Source: Candidatus Eiseniibacteriota bacterium (lineage in GTDB: Bacteria; Eisenbacteria; RBG-16-71-46; CAIMUX01; VGJL01). From it: DNA of 64,000 nt. Of this stretch, positions 1 to 13,100 are shown piece after piece. The stretch covers positions 64,001-128,000 of the forward strand of contig JBHGAY010000012.1 of the NCBI GenBank assembly GCA_041946735.1, in the 5' to 3' direction. Made by a program: the position numbers and the translations under genes. Below the pieces are notes generated by a model, which worked only from the letters and a program-made list of their open reading frames with translations, searched no databases and was not told where the DNA came from. Numbering within the stretch: the stretch's first letter is position 1; the number at the start of each line of letters is the position of its first letter.

Positions 1-45
1 TGCCTTTTAAGCAGGACGTGCCGGGTTCGAGTCCCGGGCGGCTCA
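1..45 (+). tRNA. tRNA-Lys(UUU), 5'-truncated by the window edge
   Basis: Anticodon arm TGC-CTTTTAA-GCA (anticodon TTT), T-arm CCGGG-TTCGAGT-CCCGG (21-37), acceptor strand GCGGCTC plus discriminator A45. CCA is not encoded (followed by CAT). Confidence 0.9.
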
Positions 46-316
46 CATTCCCACCCCATGAGACGTCGTTGGTGGAACCTCGCGCGCCGGGACCCTCCGC
101 CGTGTGCGCGAGCGCGGGGAGCCCGGCACCCCTCGATCGAGGGCACACCGTCCACGACATCTGACGAACGTTTTGCGAACTGCGCTTTCTCCTTTCCGCC
201 TGCTCTCTCCGCTTTCCCGTGCCCGGAGCTTGTAGAAGCGTAGACGGACCCGTCGCGAAGGCACTCGCTTGCGCGCGGGACCGCTTGGCGCACGAACCTA
301 CCCATAGCGTTGTCCT

Positions 317-334
317 GCATATTGTTACATATGC
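317..334. promoter_or_regulatory. AT-rich palindrome, possible transcription-factor operator
   Basis: GCATAT-TGTTAC-ATATGC inverted repeat in an AT-rich patch of a high-GC intergenic region. Confidence 0.35.
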
Positions 335-556
335 CTTTCCACATCGAGGCCCCTTCTCTTGCGGCAAAGAACTAGCCGCTTTCCACTCGTGCGCGCGCTC
401 CTCCACGTGTTGTGCAAAAAGCAATCGCAAGGTTTTCCCTCTTCACTTTCCTGGACCGGCGTCCGATCTGCGTAGCGGGGCGAAGCTTGGACGGCCCGGG
501 GCGCGCGCAGGATTGCGCGGGAGCGTGCAATCTGCGGCGAATCGGGTCCTGCTGCG

Positions 557-585
557 TTGACAGGGCTGGGAGGCCATGTTAGCGT
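557..585 (+). promoter_or_regulatory. sigma70-type promoter P1 upstream of the giant gene
   Basis: TTGACA-17 bp-TAGCGT with extended TGn. Confidence 0.6.
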
Positions 586-729
586 CCGTCCGGCTTTCAC
601 ATAGCCCCTCATGAGGTTCTCGCCTGATGAGGGGATGGACTCGAGGGGCGCGTGCTAGGGAGGGCCGTAGTGCGCCGACGCGGACGCGAAGGATCGCTGC
701 CACCGATTCCCACCGTTCGGAATTTATCG

Positions 730-758
730 TTGACAGCCCTAGTACCCTGTGGCATAGT
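730..758 (+). promoter_or_regulatory. sigma70-type promoter P2 upstream of the giant gene
   Basis: TTGACA-17 bp-CATAGT with extended TGn. Confidence 0.6.
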
Positions 759-796
759 GCGCTGCGATCGTGATTCTGCCGTCGTAACGATCTTTG

Positions 797-809
797 TATC
801 AATGAGTTG
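797..809 (+). promoter_or_regulatory. possible IHF-binding site
   Basis: TATCAATGAGTTG matches WATCARNNNNTTR. Confidence 0.3.
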
Positions 810-1169
810 TGGCGCTTGTGCGATGGCACACGAGGGGCGGAGGTGCCTGGACTGATGACTCACAGGCCGAAACGTTCGGAAGTAGGGGCCGGCGTGTTGA
901 GAAACATTCTCCAGGGGCACCGAGGGGCAAACCGCCCGTCGGGGATTTCTGTTTTTTGCGGGAGGGCGCGCGCGAGACCCGCGCGCGCCGCTCCCTCTTC
1001 TGCTGTCTGGTGCCGATCGGGATCGGACCCTCCCGCGAGGGATTCGGAGAGGTCCCGAACTACAGGGAGGGGCAATCGAGCCGTGAGCGAGCGCTGCGGA
1101 ACCACCGGGGCTGGACGTGAGAGGCCCGGGTTCTTGGGCGGCGTCGTCATTCAAAGGAGGAGATGGGTG

Positions 1170-4100
1170 ATGAGCGGAACAAGGACCAGGACCCTCGTCT
1201 TCGTGACGGCCCTGGTGCTCTGCCTGGTCGCCGGTTTCTCCGGGGCCTTCGCAGATACGCGAGACACGGAGCCGTCGGAAAACCAGGTGATCAACTACCC
1301 GGCCTACCCGGTCGAGCCGCTGGCCGGAGGACAGTATCCGCAAGGTCCTCCGTACATTGTCTCGGCCACGTACAACCCGGAAGGCCCACGGGTCGTGATC
1401 GTCTTCAACGAAGGCGTCAATCCCACGGGAGTCAACCCGGAGGACGTCCTCTCGTCGAACACGTTCGACCTGACGCAGACCGCCTTCGGGAGCGATGACG
1501 GGGACAACGTCCTCTACCTGACGTTCGACACGACCCCCGGCAACGCCGGGTTCGACGACGCGTCGACGGAAATCTTCGCCATGCTGCCGGGCGGGTTCCA
1601 GGACGCGACGCTGATGCGCAACATGGACGTGAGCCCGATCACCGTCGGCGACGGCCCGGTGATCACCAGCGTCACGATCAGTAACCGGCAAAACGATCTG
1701 CAGGGCATCGACGGCCCGGACGACAACCAGGTGGTCGTCACCTTCGACGCCAACGTGCAGCTCGTGGGGACCGACGACGCGGCCTTCGGCTCGACTCTCG
1801 AGTTCAACGGCCAGGCGCTCGACTCCAACGTCGCCGGAAACCAGATCACGATCGGGCTGGCCACGCAGACGGCCGACACCCCGCAGTTCCTGTACATGCA
1901 GCCCGGAGTGATGAATCTCCGGCTGGCGTCGGGAACGGTCCGTTGGGTGGCGAACAACGTCTCGAACAACAAGCTGGTCTTCCGCGCGACCGCGAACGAC
2001 GGACCGCTCCTCGCGGCCGCCTACTGGCGCGACCCGGTCACCGGGGGGAGCGAGGACGCGGACGTCGCGATCGCTTTCGACCAGCCGATCACGAACAATC
2101 TGCCCGCAGACTTCGGGGCGGAGTTCGACGCGGTGCCCGACGAGACGCAGGGGACGGTAACCACCTGGTTCCCGACCTCCTGGACCAACGTCCTGCGGGT
2201 CGGAAGCTTCAGCGCGGGCTTCATCCCCTACGAGAGGATCGCGATCGACACCAACGGCAGCCTGGCAGACTACCAGAACGCCGCTGCGCTCGATCCGGAC
2301 TCGATCGACGTCCACAGGGGTCTCGGGCTCGTTCGCGCGGCGTACAACCGCAACCTGACGCCCACCGACCTGACCGACGACGAGCTCTACCTGTATTTCA
2401 CGGAGCCGATCCAGAACTCAACGGATCTGACGGCGGACAACTTCGACGACTACTTCGACCTCATCGGCTTCTCGATCGGCGACCTGCCGGTTCTGGAGTA
2501 CGTCGAGCCGTCCGGTCCGGACAACTTCTCCGTGGTCATCGTCCGGAACTGGTTCCGGGCGCAGACGGCCAACCCCTGGGAGCAGGGGGACCGGATCATC
2601 GCGAAGGACCCGGGAATCCTCCCGGATCTCGTCGGTAGCATCTCGGGCGGCGGGCTCTGGGTCGGGACGGACGAGTCGACCGAAGGGGTCTACTACCTCC
2701 CGGTCCTCGACGAGTCCCGTCCTATCCAGCTGGCGCTCGAGGACACCCACGAGACGGTCGCCGATGCCTGGACCTTCGACGACACCAATGATACCTACAC
2801 GATCTTCCTCCGCTTCTCCGAGAACAGCGCGAACGGCGCTGCGAACGGCGAGGAAGACAGCGACGAATACTTCCTGTACCCGATCCGCGCCAACGACATG
2901 GCCCTCTGGGACAAGACCCGGATGGCGACCTATCTGCCCGAGGCGATCGCGATCGGGAACCTGAGTCCGCGGCAGGTGGACGGGACGACCCGGTTGGGCG
3001 TCTACGTGTCCGTCGAGGATGTGAATCCCGCAGCTCCTCCGGGGACCATCTTCTCGACGATCGACGGGTTCGACATCACGAGTCCCGGCCAGCTCGCCTT
3101 CCTGCTCGCTGCGGCGGATTGGCAGGGGAACCTCTCCAGGATCGAGACGATCAACCCAGACGAGTACGGCTGGACCTGGCTGCTGCCGCAGCCGGCGAAC
3201 CCGGATCTCCGGGTGTACATCCAGCCGGAGTACTGCTCGCCGGAGTTCCAGGGGAACATCCCGCTCTACGGCGTGCACTTCATCCACGACTACGAAGTGG
3301 ACAGGGTTCGTTTCGAGTACCTGAAGGACGACAACGGCAACGGTTGCGACACCGACGCGGGCGAGACCTGGGAAGAGCTCGTCACCGTCGGCGGCGAGCT
3401 GGCTCCCGCGCAGCGCGGCGACCCGCTCATGTACCGCAACAACACCGACCAGGGCTGCCGGGACGACCTGCGGGCGATGAGCCTCGGGACCTGGTACGCC
3501 TTCGAGTACGACGGGGTCGATGACTACTACTACTACGATGCGGACAACGACCTGATCTACAGCCCGCGCGACATGGTCGTCCGAAGCGACGACGACGTCT
3601 TCGGCAACGGCGACGATCTGGTCGTCATCGGCTCGGACCTCTACGGCGAGTCGGTGCCCGACGGCGCGATCCTCACGGCGTTCGTCTACTACGGCGACCC
3701 GAACGAGAGCGCGACCAACCCGGCCTACTACTGGGCCGAGGCCGACGCCGAGTGCCCGGGCGATCCGATCCTCGCGAGCCAGGGAACCGAGCTCGGGATC
3801 CTCAGCCCGTCCGACTACATCTTCCGCGAGAACCGCGAAGGGTACGTCGACGGCGGCGGCGTCCTGGACCCGACCCTCCAGGGGACCAACCTCTGGACGG
3901 CCAACTGGGCGCCGTGCGAGCTCGACGATCCGGACGGCGAGTACCTCGTGCGGACGATCGCGATCGACCGCTCCGGCAACGAGGACGAGATCCAGGAACA
4001 CTGCTACGACCCGAACGCCTGGAACCCGCTCGAGGTCGAGGCGATCACGGTCGAGTGCGAGCAGAACCTGACGGTCGATCTGACGACCGTCGACGCCTAC

Positions 4101-7100
4101 GTGCCTCGCTGGGACGAAGGAGCCGACGCCTGGACCTACGACGTCGTGACCCTCGACCTGGACACCACGGCGCCGGTCGTCGATCAGCTGCCGCCCAACA
4201 CGCGGTTCTTCAGGATCAACGCCGACGTCGACGCTCCCGACGTGGAGGGAGTCGTCTTCCAGGTCGACACCCCCGACGGAAGCTTCATCGTCGGCCCGAA
4301 CCCGGATGCGGACGTCTACAGCGATCTCGACGCGCTTCCGGGCTACAACTACCAGGCGGGCAACGCCGAGTACCTGGACGACGAGCGCTTCCAGGACGAC
4401 GGCGACTTCGTTTACGAGCCGGGCACGGACACCGTGCTGGATCCCGGCCGTAACGGCGTCGTCGACACTCCTGCGGGACAGCTCCTCATCCCGCTGGTCC
4501 TCGAGGACCTTGGGGACGTCGACCAGGACAACGACGGCAACATCCTCGACAACGGCACCGCGCAGAACGAGATCGACACTGTCGCTCCGTTCACGGCGTG
4601 GTTCGACATGGACGGTTACCAGGCGCCCGGCATCGTGAACTTCACGATTACGGCGACGGCGAACCGGACGGTCGAGAGCTGCCCGGGCGGCGCCCAGGCG
4701 AGCGCCGACAGCGAGGTCATCGAGATCAACAACTGGAGCCGGCCGCTGGTCGACGTGATCCGCGTCGAGGACCAGAACGACGCGGTCATCGACGTGTGGC
4801 ACCCGGTCGCCGATGGCGATCCGTACGGGATCTACCCGACGGAAGCCGGCAGCGAGCGGACCTTCCTGATCCACGTCACGGCCGAGGATCCGGACGGCAT
4901 CCGGTGGGTGCGGCTCTTCTACCGGGCGAACCCGGCCTGCGGCGGCACGCCGACGGTCTGGACGCTCGTGAGCCCCGCCGACGTCGACACCCTCCCCGAC
5001 GGCTCTCCGTGGGATAGCTACCCCGACGTGGACTATCCCTACGAGTTCCACTGGGTGCTGGGCGCTCTCGACGACGCGAACGGCAACTACCAGTTCTACG
5101 CGGAGGCGATGGACGAGGCGGGGAACCTCTCGGGGATCCCGGTCTTCCCGTACGGCTTCGGGTTCAACGAGTACGCGGGACAGGATCTCGCGCACGTCGT
5201 CCCGCTCGCCAACACGGATCACTGCGCTCCCGGTGACACGATCACCGTCGGGGACGAGTACCTGATCACGGCCGAGCTGGCGGATCCGACGCTGGAAGGC
5301 GACGTGCAGGTGCGCTTCTACTACGCTCCGCGCGTAGTCGGCGCAACCTACGCGCCCACCGACATCGACGCCAACAACCGGCTCTATCTGGACTTCTCGA
5401 TCCTCGACCCGACGACGGGCGGCCTCTATGTCTGCGTCAACGGTGTGGAGTACTCCAACGCCAACTACACGGCGAACGCAGGAGATGACTTCATCACCTT
5501 CACGCAGCTTCCGGCCGAGGGATCGACGATCCAGGTGAGCTACAACTTCGTGAGCGCGAACTACCCGGACGGGTGGCTCCCGATCGGCGAGGGCGACGAC
5601 GTCGCTCCGTACACCGTCGAGTGGGAGGAGGGTGTCAATCCTCCGGGCGTGCCCCCGTTCCAGGAGACGATCGACAACGGCCTGCCGGGCTATGACCTGA
5701 TCGCGGTCGCGCTGATCGATGTCGACGGCGACGGCCAGTACGATCCGGGCAGCATGTGCGACGTGATGGAGGCGCTCGCGAGCGAGAACGGCAACCATCG
5801 CGTGATCGTCGAGATCGGCAAGCCGATCGTTCACCTCTACGGTCTCGACTACGAGCCGGACTTCGCGGATGCCCAGTGGCACTACCCGCAGCAGGAGTAC
5901 TGGCCGGGGAACGCCTTCGGCCCGTCGAACGGATACGTGCAGCCCGATGGCGCGGAGAAGAAGCTCTCCGGCGTCGAGTTCGACGTGTTCGTGACGGCAG
6001 CTCCCGAGGACCCGGCGACGATCGATGACGTCCGGCTGGTCATGTTCCACCAGTTCCACGCCGAGCCGTACGACTCGATCGGGATGACGCTGATCGGCGA
6101 GGGTGAAGAGTTCACCATGCCGATCACGATGTACACGCGCGACTACTACGAAGTCCGGCCGGAGGAGATCGAGAACATCACGTTGCACGTGACCGATCTC
6201 GGGACCGGGACGACGACGCAGTACGCGATGGCGCCGGACGACGCGACGGAGCGCAACTACTACCAGGCGACCGCCACGTTCACGACCGGCAAGACGTACA
6301 CGTATCAGTTCTTCATCGACAAGGTCGGCGATGACGACGGCTTCTACCTGGATCGCCGGAACTCCGGTCCGTTCCAGCAGCCTAAGGACGACATCCCCGG
6401 CTACGCGTCGCTCATCGTCACGCCGCCTTCGGACTTCTGGTACGCGCACCTCACGAGCGCGAACTACCAGGAGAACACGATCTATCGCACGAACGTCGAG
6501 GCGATCGACTCCGACGGAGTCATCGGCAGCAACATGTCGGACGGTAGCGGCGACCCGCAGGGGCCGATCGTCTACGTCTACGACACGACGGCGCCGAACA
6601 TCGTCCGTCTCTGGGCCGATCCGATGCTGGTCGGCGTCGCGGACCCGCAGACGACCCTGTGGCTCGAGGCGAACGACGAGCCGAACCTCGACGTCAACGT
6701 GATCACGACGCGGACCGTCGTGTTCCAGTACAGCCCGCTCGAGACGCCGGACGAGTGGATCACGATCGGGATCGACACGACCTACGAGGACGGCTGGTTC
6801 ATGCCGTGGACCGTCCCCAACCCGATCAGCGATCTCTACGACAACGACGGCGACGGGCAGGTGGACGAGGACGACGAGCTGCTCGCGGACTACCCGGTCC
6901 GTGCGGTGGTCTTCGACGATGCCGGGTACTATCACGACCCGTTCGTCGTGGGCTTCCCGGGCTCGGGCAACCCGAGCTACGCCAGCTCGATCATCGTCCA
7001 GTTCGACGCGTTCCCGCCGTACACGCACATCATCGATCCGCATGACGGGACGGTCTTCCCGTATGGAACGACGATCCCGGTGACCGGGGTCGCCAACGAC

Positions 7101-10100
7101 ACGCCTCCCGAGGCGGCCGTGGCGACCGGCGTCGACTTCGTCCGGTTCCAGTACAAGGACGGCCAGAACCTCTGGGTCGAGAACGGCACGGCTCCGTACT
7201 ACACGCACGGGACCGACTTCGTCTTCCGCGACGAGAACGGCAACGAGCAGTACGACGACGGAGTCGACGTGGTCCTGTTCCAGCCGACGGGCACGGCGCC
7301 CGGCGACTTCAACGGCCAGGCGGGGAACCTCTGGTTCGACATCGACCCGACGGTGAACGACAACACCGACGAGCCGATCATCCAGGCGGATGCGCCGGAT
7401 CAGACGGAGTTCTCCATCGACTTCGATACGCGGCAGGTCTGGGGTACGGAGGATCTCTACGTCCGTCTCCGGATGCTGGCGACCGACATGGCCGGCAACG
7501 AGACGATCCAGGACGACCTCCATGCCGAGGAGATCGTCATCATCCTCAACGACATCACCGCGCCGACCGCCTACCTGCAGTGGATGTCGCGGCCTTGCGA
7601 GCCGACCTGCGCCGTTCTGAGCGGCGACGAGGTCGAGGGAACCAAGGGCGCGGTCACCCTCTACGGAACGGTCCTCGATCCGACCGGCGGCCTCGAGCAC
7701 GTGGTCGCGGTCGACATCGAGATCCGGGCCGAGGGCGACACCGACTGGACGGTCCTCGGTCGCGATCAGACTCCGTTCGACGCCGAGCCGTGCGCCGACG
7801 TTCCGGATCCCAACGGGACGTTCGGGTACTTCGCGCAGGCGTGGAACACCGACGAGTATCCCGAGGGCGTGTACGAAGTCCGCGCGGTTGCGGTCGACGA
7901 CGACGGCAACCGTGACGAGGAAGGCGCCCTCATCGTCCGGGTGAACGTGGACCGTACGCCGCCGAGCGTGAACTACGCGGCGACGGAAGGCTTCCCCGGC
8001 TTCATCGAGGGGATGGCGGAGTACCAGAACGACGGCGATCCTGACAGTCCGTCGTTCGTGATCGTCCGCGATCCCGATACCGGCGACGTCGAGTTCCGGG
8101 TCTACACGACCGACCCGGACGTCCAGACGATGACGCTGCAGTGGCGCTACCCGAGCGACCCGCTCGGCCTGTGGCGGCCCTGGAGCGAGGCGTTCAACGA
8201 GTTCAACAATGCGGATCGTCGGCTCTTCACCGACTTCCAGTACGAGCCGGCCCAGAACTTCGATGACGCCTTCGTCTGGATCGCGCACGCGGAGGACTTC
8301 TTCTACGAGACCGAGCCCGGCCTGGCGGACTACCTCATCAAGAGCACGTTCGTCCAGGGTCCGGTCGAGTGGCGCGTCCTCGCGACCGACTCGGCCTGCA
8401 ACACGAACTCCGGCCAGACCGACTTCGTGACGGCGACCGTCGACCTCACCTGCCCCAGCGTCTGGGACTACGCGGTCGACAAGCCGACCCGGATCGTCGT
8501 GCCTGGCGAGGAGATGAACTTCACCGTGTTCCTGAAGGACGCCGAGAGCGACGTCCGGACGGTCACGCTCCTGGGCGTTACGGATCCCGGAACGCCGGAC
8601 GAGCATCGCTACGTCATCGCGACGGGCGAGCTGCTCCCGGTCGTCGAGGGCGAGAACGTCTTCGATCTCGGTGGGCCGAACACGCAGTGGAAGTTCACCG
8701 CGACCTGGGCGTTCCCGGACGTCGTCTACAAGGACACCCCGCTTGAGATCTGGGTGGTCCGCGGCGACGTCGCCGGCAACACCTGCGGCGAGAACGAGCG
8801 GATCGATCTGATCACGGTCCAGGACCTCGTTCCGCCGGACAACACGAAGATCGTCTACATCGCCGGCCAGGTCGCCTTGAGCGACGACCCGGCGGACTCG
8901 GTCGCCTACGACGGTGGCCTGCCCGAGCTGCTCGAGAACGACAACGTCTGGGTGAACCGCGATGGCGGCCTCATCTACACGCCGTTCGGCGGCAACGGCG
9001 ACAACGACGACTACCTGGTCAGCGAAGGCTGGACGCCCGGTGTCGAGAACAACACCGAGGCGGACATCTTCACGCTGGGTGACGAGCTGGCAACCTATCC
9101 GCGCGAAGTGAACGAGGGGTACATGGGCAACCCGGCGGCCAACCCGCCGCGCGTCGCTCGTCTCGTGACCCTCGTCGCCCGCACCTGGGCGGATGACCAG
9201 AGCTTCGGCGCAGCGGACGACGGGATCGCGAAGGTGATCTTCCTCGTCCGTCCGTTCGGCGAGACTCAGGCCGACACCCTGTCGAAGGACGAGTACCAGC
9301 CGTTCTACCCGCTCTATCTGTGGCACGCCTTCTGGAACACGCAGGCGACGCTCGATGACGGCGTCACCCCGATCTATCCGGACGGCGACTACGAGATCGC
9401 GGCGTACGGCGTCGACTCCTCCGGCAACGTCGAGGACACGGCGGCTCTCGAGTGGACCCGGGTCACGGTGGACAACACCCCGCCGGTCGCCACGATGGAC
9501 GCCGATCCGACGACGGAGACGGTCGAGCAGACCCCGACTCCGATCGACATCGAGCGGAACAGCGCGTTCCTGCTCTTCGCCCGGATCCTGCCGGAGAACC
9601 CGATCAACGACGACGCGGCGACCTTCTTCTTCAAGAGGACGCGCGATCTGAACATGGCGGGGAGCTGGCTGCAGATCCCGGCGGTCGACGATCCGAACAC
9701 TCCGATCAACGAGAACTGGGCGCGCGGTCCCGAGGACGGCAATCCCGACGACACGCGTCCGTACAGCTTCAACCTCGATCTCGGGAAGTCGATGGATCCC
9801 GTGGACTTCCTGCACTGGCTGAACGATCCGAACACCGCGCCGAAGCCCGGCCCGCTGCACGTCGGCGAGCAGTATGACTTCGTCGCGGCGGCGTCCGACC
9901 TGCTGGGGAACACCACCTCGCACCTCGACGCCTTCGCCGACAGCCTGTGGGTCCGGATCCGGATCGTCGACACGATCGCTCCGATCATGACCATCACGGC
10001 CGTGGAGCGGAACATCGGTCAGACCGACCGGATCGAGAACCCGGATCAGGTCCATGCCCAGTCGTTCGCCTACCTCGAGGCCAAGAACCTCGACGGCATG

Positions 10101-13100
10101 ACCGACCTGGACGACGTCTTCTTCGTCTATCGCCCGCAGGGCGGGACGGACTGGACGCTCCTCGACGGCACGCTCGAAGAGCTCGGGGACGGCAGCTGGC
10201 AGATCGGTCCGTGGGATCTCGCGGCTCTCGAGCACAACGCGTGGTACGAGGTGGCGGCGATTGGCGTCGACGACGTCGGCAACCAGTCCGACCCGAGCGA
10301 CGACGCGACGCCGAAGCTCCTCGTCTACGTCGACTACGAGGCGCCGGACAACTACGCCTTCACGCACCCGGCGATCGACGCGACCGACCTCTGCGACTGG
10401 TACACCGGTGGGCTGCAGGGCGTGAAGCTCTACGACCTCGCGGTTGCGGACGCGGATGACGTCGAGAACGTCGACACGTGGGACATCGTTTTCGAGTACA
10501 AGCCGAGCTCGGCGATCGACGAGCCGGGCAACTGGACGACCGTGCCGACGGGCGGCGAGAACCTCCCGGATCACCCGGTCATCCATGACGACGGCACGAA
10601 CAGCTGGTGGCAGAAGTGGGAGATCCAGGATCTGAGCACCGACCTCTACGACATCCGCGCGACCATCGAGGATGTCGCCGGGAACGTGTCGGTCCTCGGT
10701 CTCACCCGCCTCGGCTACGACAACGACGAGCCGACCGACGTCGCGATCAGCCGGATCGAGACGGTCGAGGGCGGCGACATCGAGTTCCATCCGGACGGCC
10801 TGACCGACATCGCGGCGGGGACCGTCGTCCGGGTCTGCGCTTCCGCGAAGGACGACGAACTGAACCTGCCCGAGGACCGGGAGACCGGCGTCGCGCAGTT
10901 CGTGTTCGAGGCGTCCCGCGACGGTGGCGTGACCTGGTACGACCTCGGTCTCGCCGAGGCGGCTCAGGACGCAAACGACCCGACCGACTACACCGCTTGC
11001 CTCGACTGGAACACCACGGGCCTGGCTCCGGGGACTCTCCTCTGGGTCGGCGTCACGGCGGTGGACGAGTGCGGCAACGACAGCGGCCGGATCATCTACC
11101 AGATGCGGATCAGCGACATCATCCCGCCGACGGCCCGGATCGTCTGCTTCGACCCGGATCAGCAGCCGCACGGCGAGAATCCGCCGACCTGTGTCAAGAT
11201 CTACGCCCTCGCGGAGTCCGATCCGGACATCGCCGGCGTGATCTTCCAGTACGACACGGTTGACGGGGACGAGAACCACGAGTGGGTGAACATCGGAGTG
11301 GGCGAGCCGGTCAGCGGTGTGAACGGCGGCGGCGCGCCGACCACCGAGGTCCTGTGGTGGGCGTCTCTCCAGACGACCTCCCTCGACCCGGCCGTCACCC
11401 AGTACTGGCTGCGGGCGATCGCGAAGGACGAGGTCGGGAACCAGTACGGCGATTCGCCGGACGAGGTCGTCCCGATGATGCTCGCCTCTCTCGTGACCCT
11501 GCCGGACGGCTCGATGACCTTCGAGCCGGCCCGTACGACCACCCATGCGGTCGATAACGTCTCGGTCCAGGTCGAGAGCGCGACGCGCGTCATCCTCACC
11601 GTGAAGATGGCGGACAGCGTCGAGCGTCCTCGCGTGGTCGTGCTCGCGGAGCAGCCGTACCTCGAGTCCGGCGACTTCTGCCTGCACAACAACGAGGCGT
11701 GGATCTACTCGGCCGGCACCGACGGCGACTACAACCTGCTCCGGTCCAACGACGACCCGACGGTCTGGCGCGGCGAGATCCATCTGGAAGCGGAAGGCTG
11801 CTACCAGTATTCGATCTGCGTGACCGGTACGGACGAAGGCCTCCTCGTCGACCACGTCGGCGTGGCGGTCAACCAGTACCCGGTCTCGGCTGCGCTCGGA
11901 ACGAACGGCACCGTCGTGACGCCGGGCTATGAGGACCTCGAGAGCCGCGTGACGATCGTCTCCGGCGCCATCGAGGGTGAGGATTGCCTGCTCGTCAGCC
12001 CGACCCTCCCGCCGACGCTCGACCAGGACCAGGCGGTCTACCTGGAGCCGGTCGCGGACTCGGCGTGGCACATCGAGCTGATCGGCGGCAACTTCTCCGA
12101 CTTCGCAACCGGGTATCACCCGACCGTGGTCATCGCCTACGACCAGGCGGCCGTCGATGCGGCGCTCGCCGGTAGCAACGGCGCGGTGACCGAGGACATG
12201 CTGACCGTCCGCCGCTGGAACCCGGACACGGGTAGCTGGTCGGGCAACGGAATCAGCGCCATCCGGGTCAACACGGAAGCGAACACGATCAGCTTCGCCG
12301 TCGACAACCTGTCGTCGGCTCTCGACTGCATCAACGACCTGCTGAAGAGCGACGGCGAGGGCGGCTCGAGCTGCTCCGAGGGGAACATCTTCCAGGTGTT
12401 CGCTCCGAAGAGCGCGGCGCCGGTCTTCGTCTACAGCTTCTTCCCGCACAGCGCCTATCTGAGCGACTGGTGGACCGACGCCGACCCGATCGTCAGCGCC
12501 TACTTGAACGATCTCGGCGGACAGGGCATCGACCCGACCACAGTGAAGGTCCTGATCGACGGCCGTATCGTGGCGAACATGTTCCCCGCGGGCGGCGGAG
12601 AGGCGGACTACTTCTGGGGCGAGGGCCATGCCGAGATCTGGGCGGCGAACGAGGAAGGCACCGTCTGGGAGCTCGAGTACACGCACTCCCGTCTGCAGCG
12701 TGACTGGCTGACGGAGGGACAGCACACCTTCACGGTCCAGTACCGCTCGTACGGGACGTCGGACGAGACGAGCGTCGACACTCCGTTCTTCGTCGACCTC
12801 ACCGCTCCGCAGCTCGCGTTCCACGGCGGCTGGATCGGCAACCCGCTGCTCCAGAACCTGGCCGGCTACATCGACGGTGGTCCGAACTCGATTCTGACCG
12901 TCTCGATGTACGACGGCGGCTCCGGTATCTTCGTCCGGCCCGAGCGGCAGGAGTTCCTGCCGGACCTCGACTGCGATGAGTACATCGACAGCGAGGACCT
13001 CTACGAGGAGCCGGTCTGGACGCCCGATAGCGGCTGCTGGCAGGCGGTCGACTTCGGGATCAAGTACGACCTCTGGCTGGTCCATTACGAGGACGACCAG

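Noticed and set aside
1..600. Genomic island or prophage integrated at tRNA-Lys
   Set aside because: No integrase, att duplication or mobile genes are seen, and the downstream gene has host-like codon usage.
824..838. sigma54 promoter TGGCAC...GC
   Set aside because: Spacing fits, but the -12 element lacks the TT(GC) consensus; too weak to call.
846..915. Canonical hammerhead ribozyme
   Set aside because: CUGAUGA is followed by C, stem II does not pair, and neither GAAA gives a valid stem III. Kept only as an unclassified structure.
922..950. c-di-GMP-I riboswitch (GGGCAAACC)
   Set aside because: The GNRA-capped stem and the downstream GACGCAAAGC element are absent.
807..1169. 121-aa N-terminal extension of the giant ORF given in the ORF track
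   Set aside because: The RBS and signal peptide identify 1170 (or GTG 1167) as the start; the upstream part is structured UTR.
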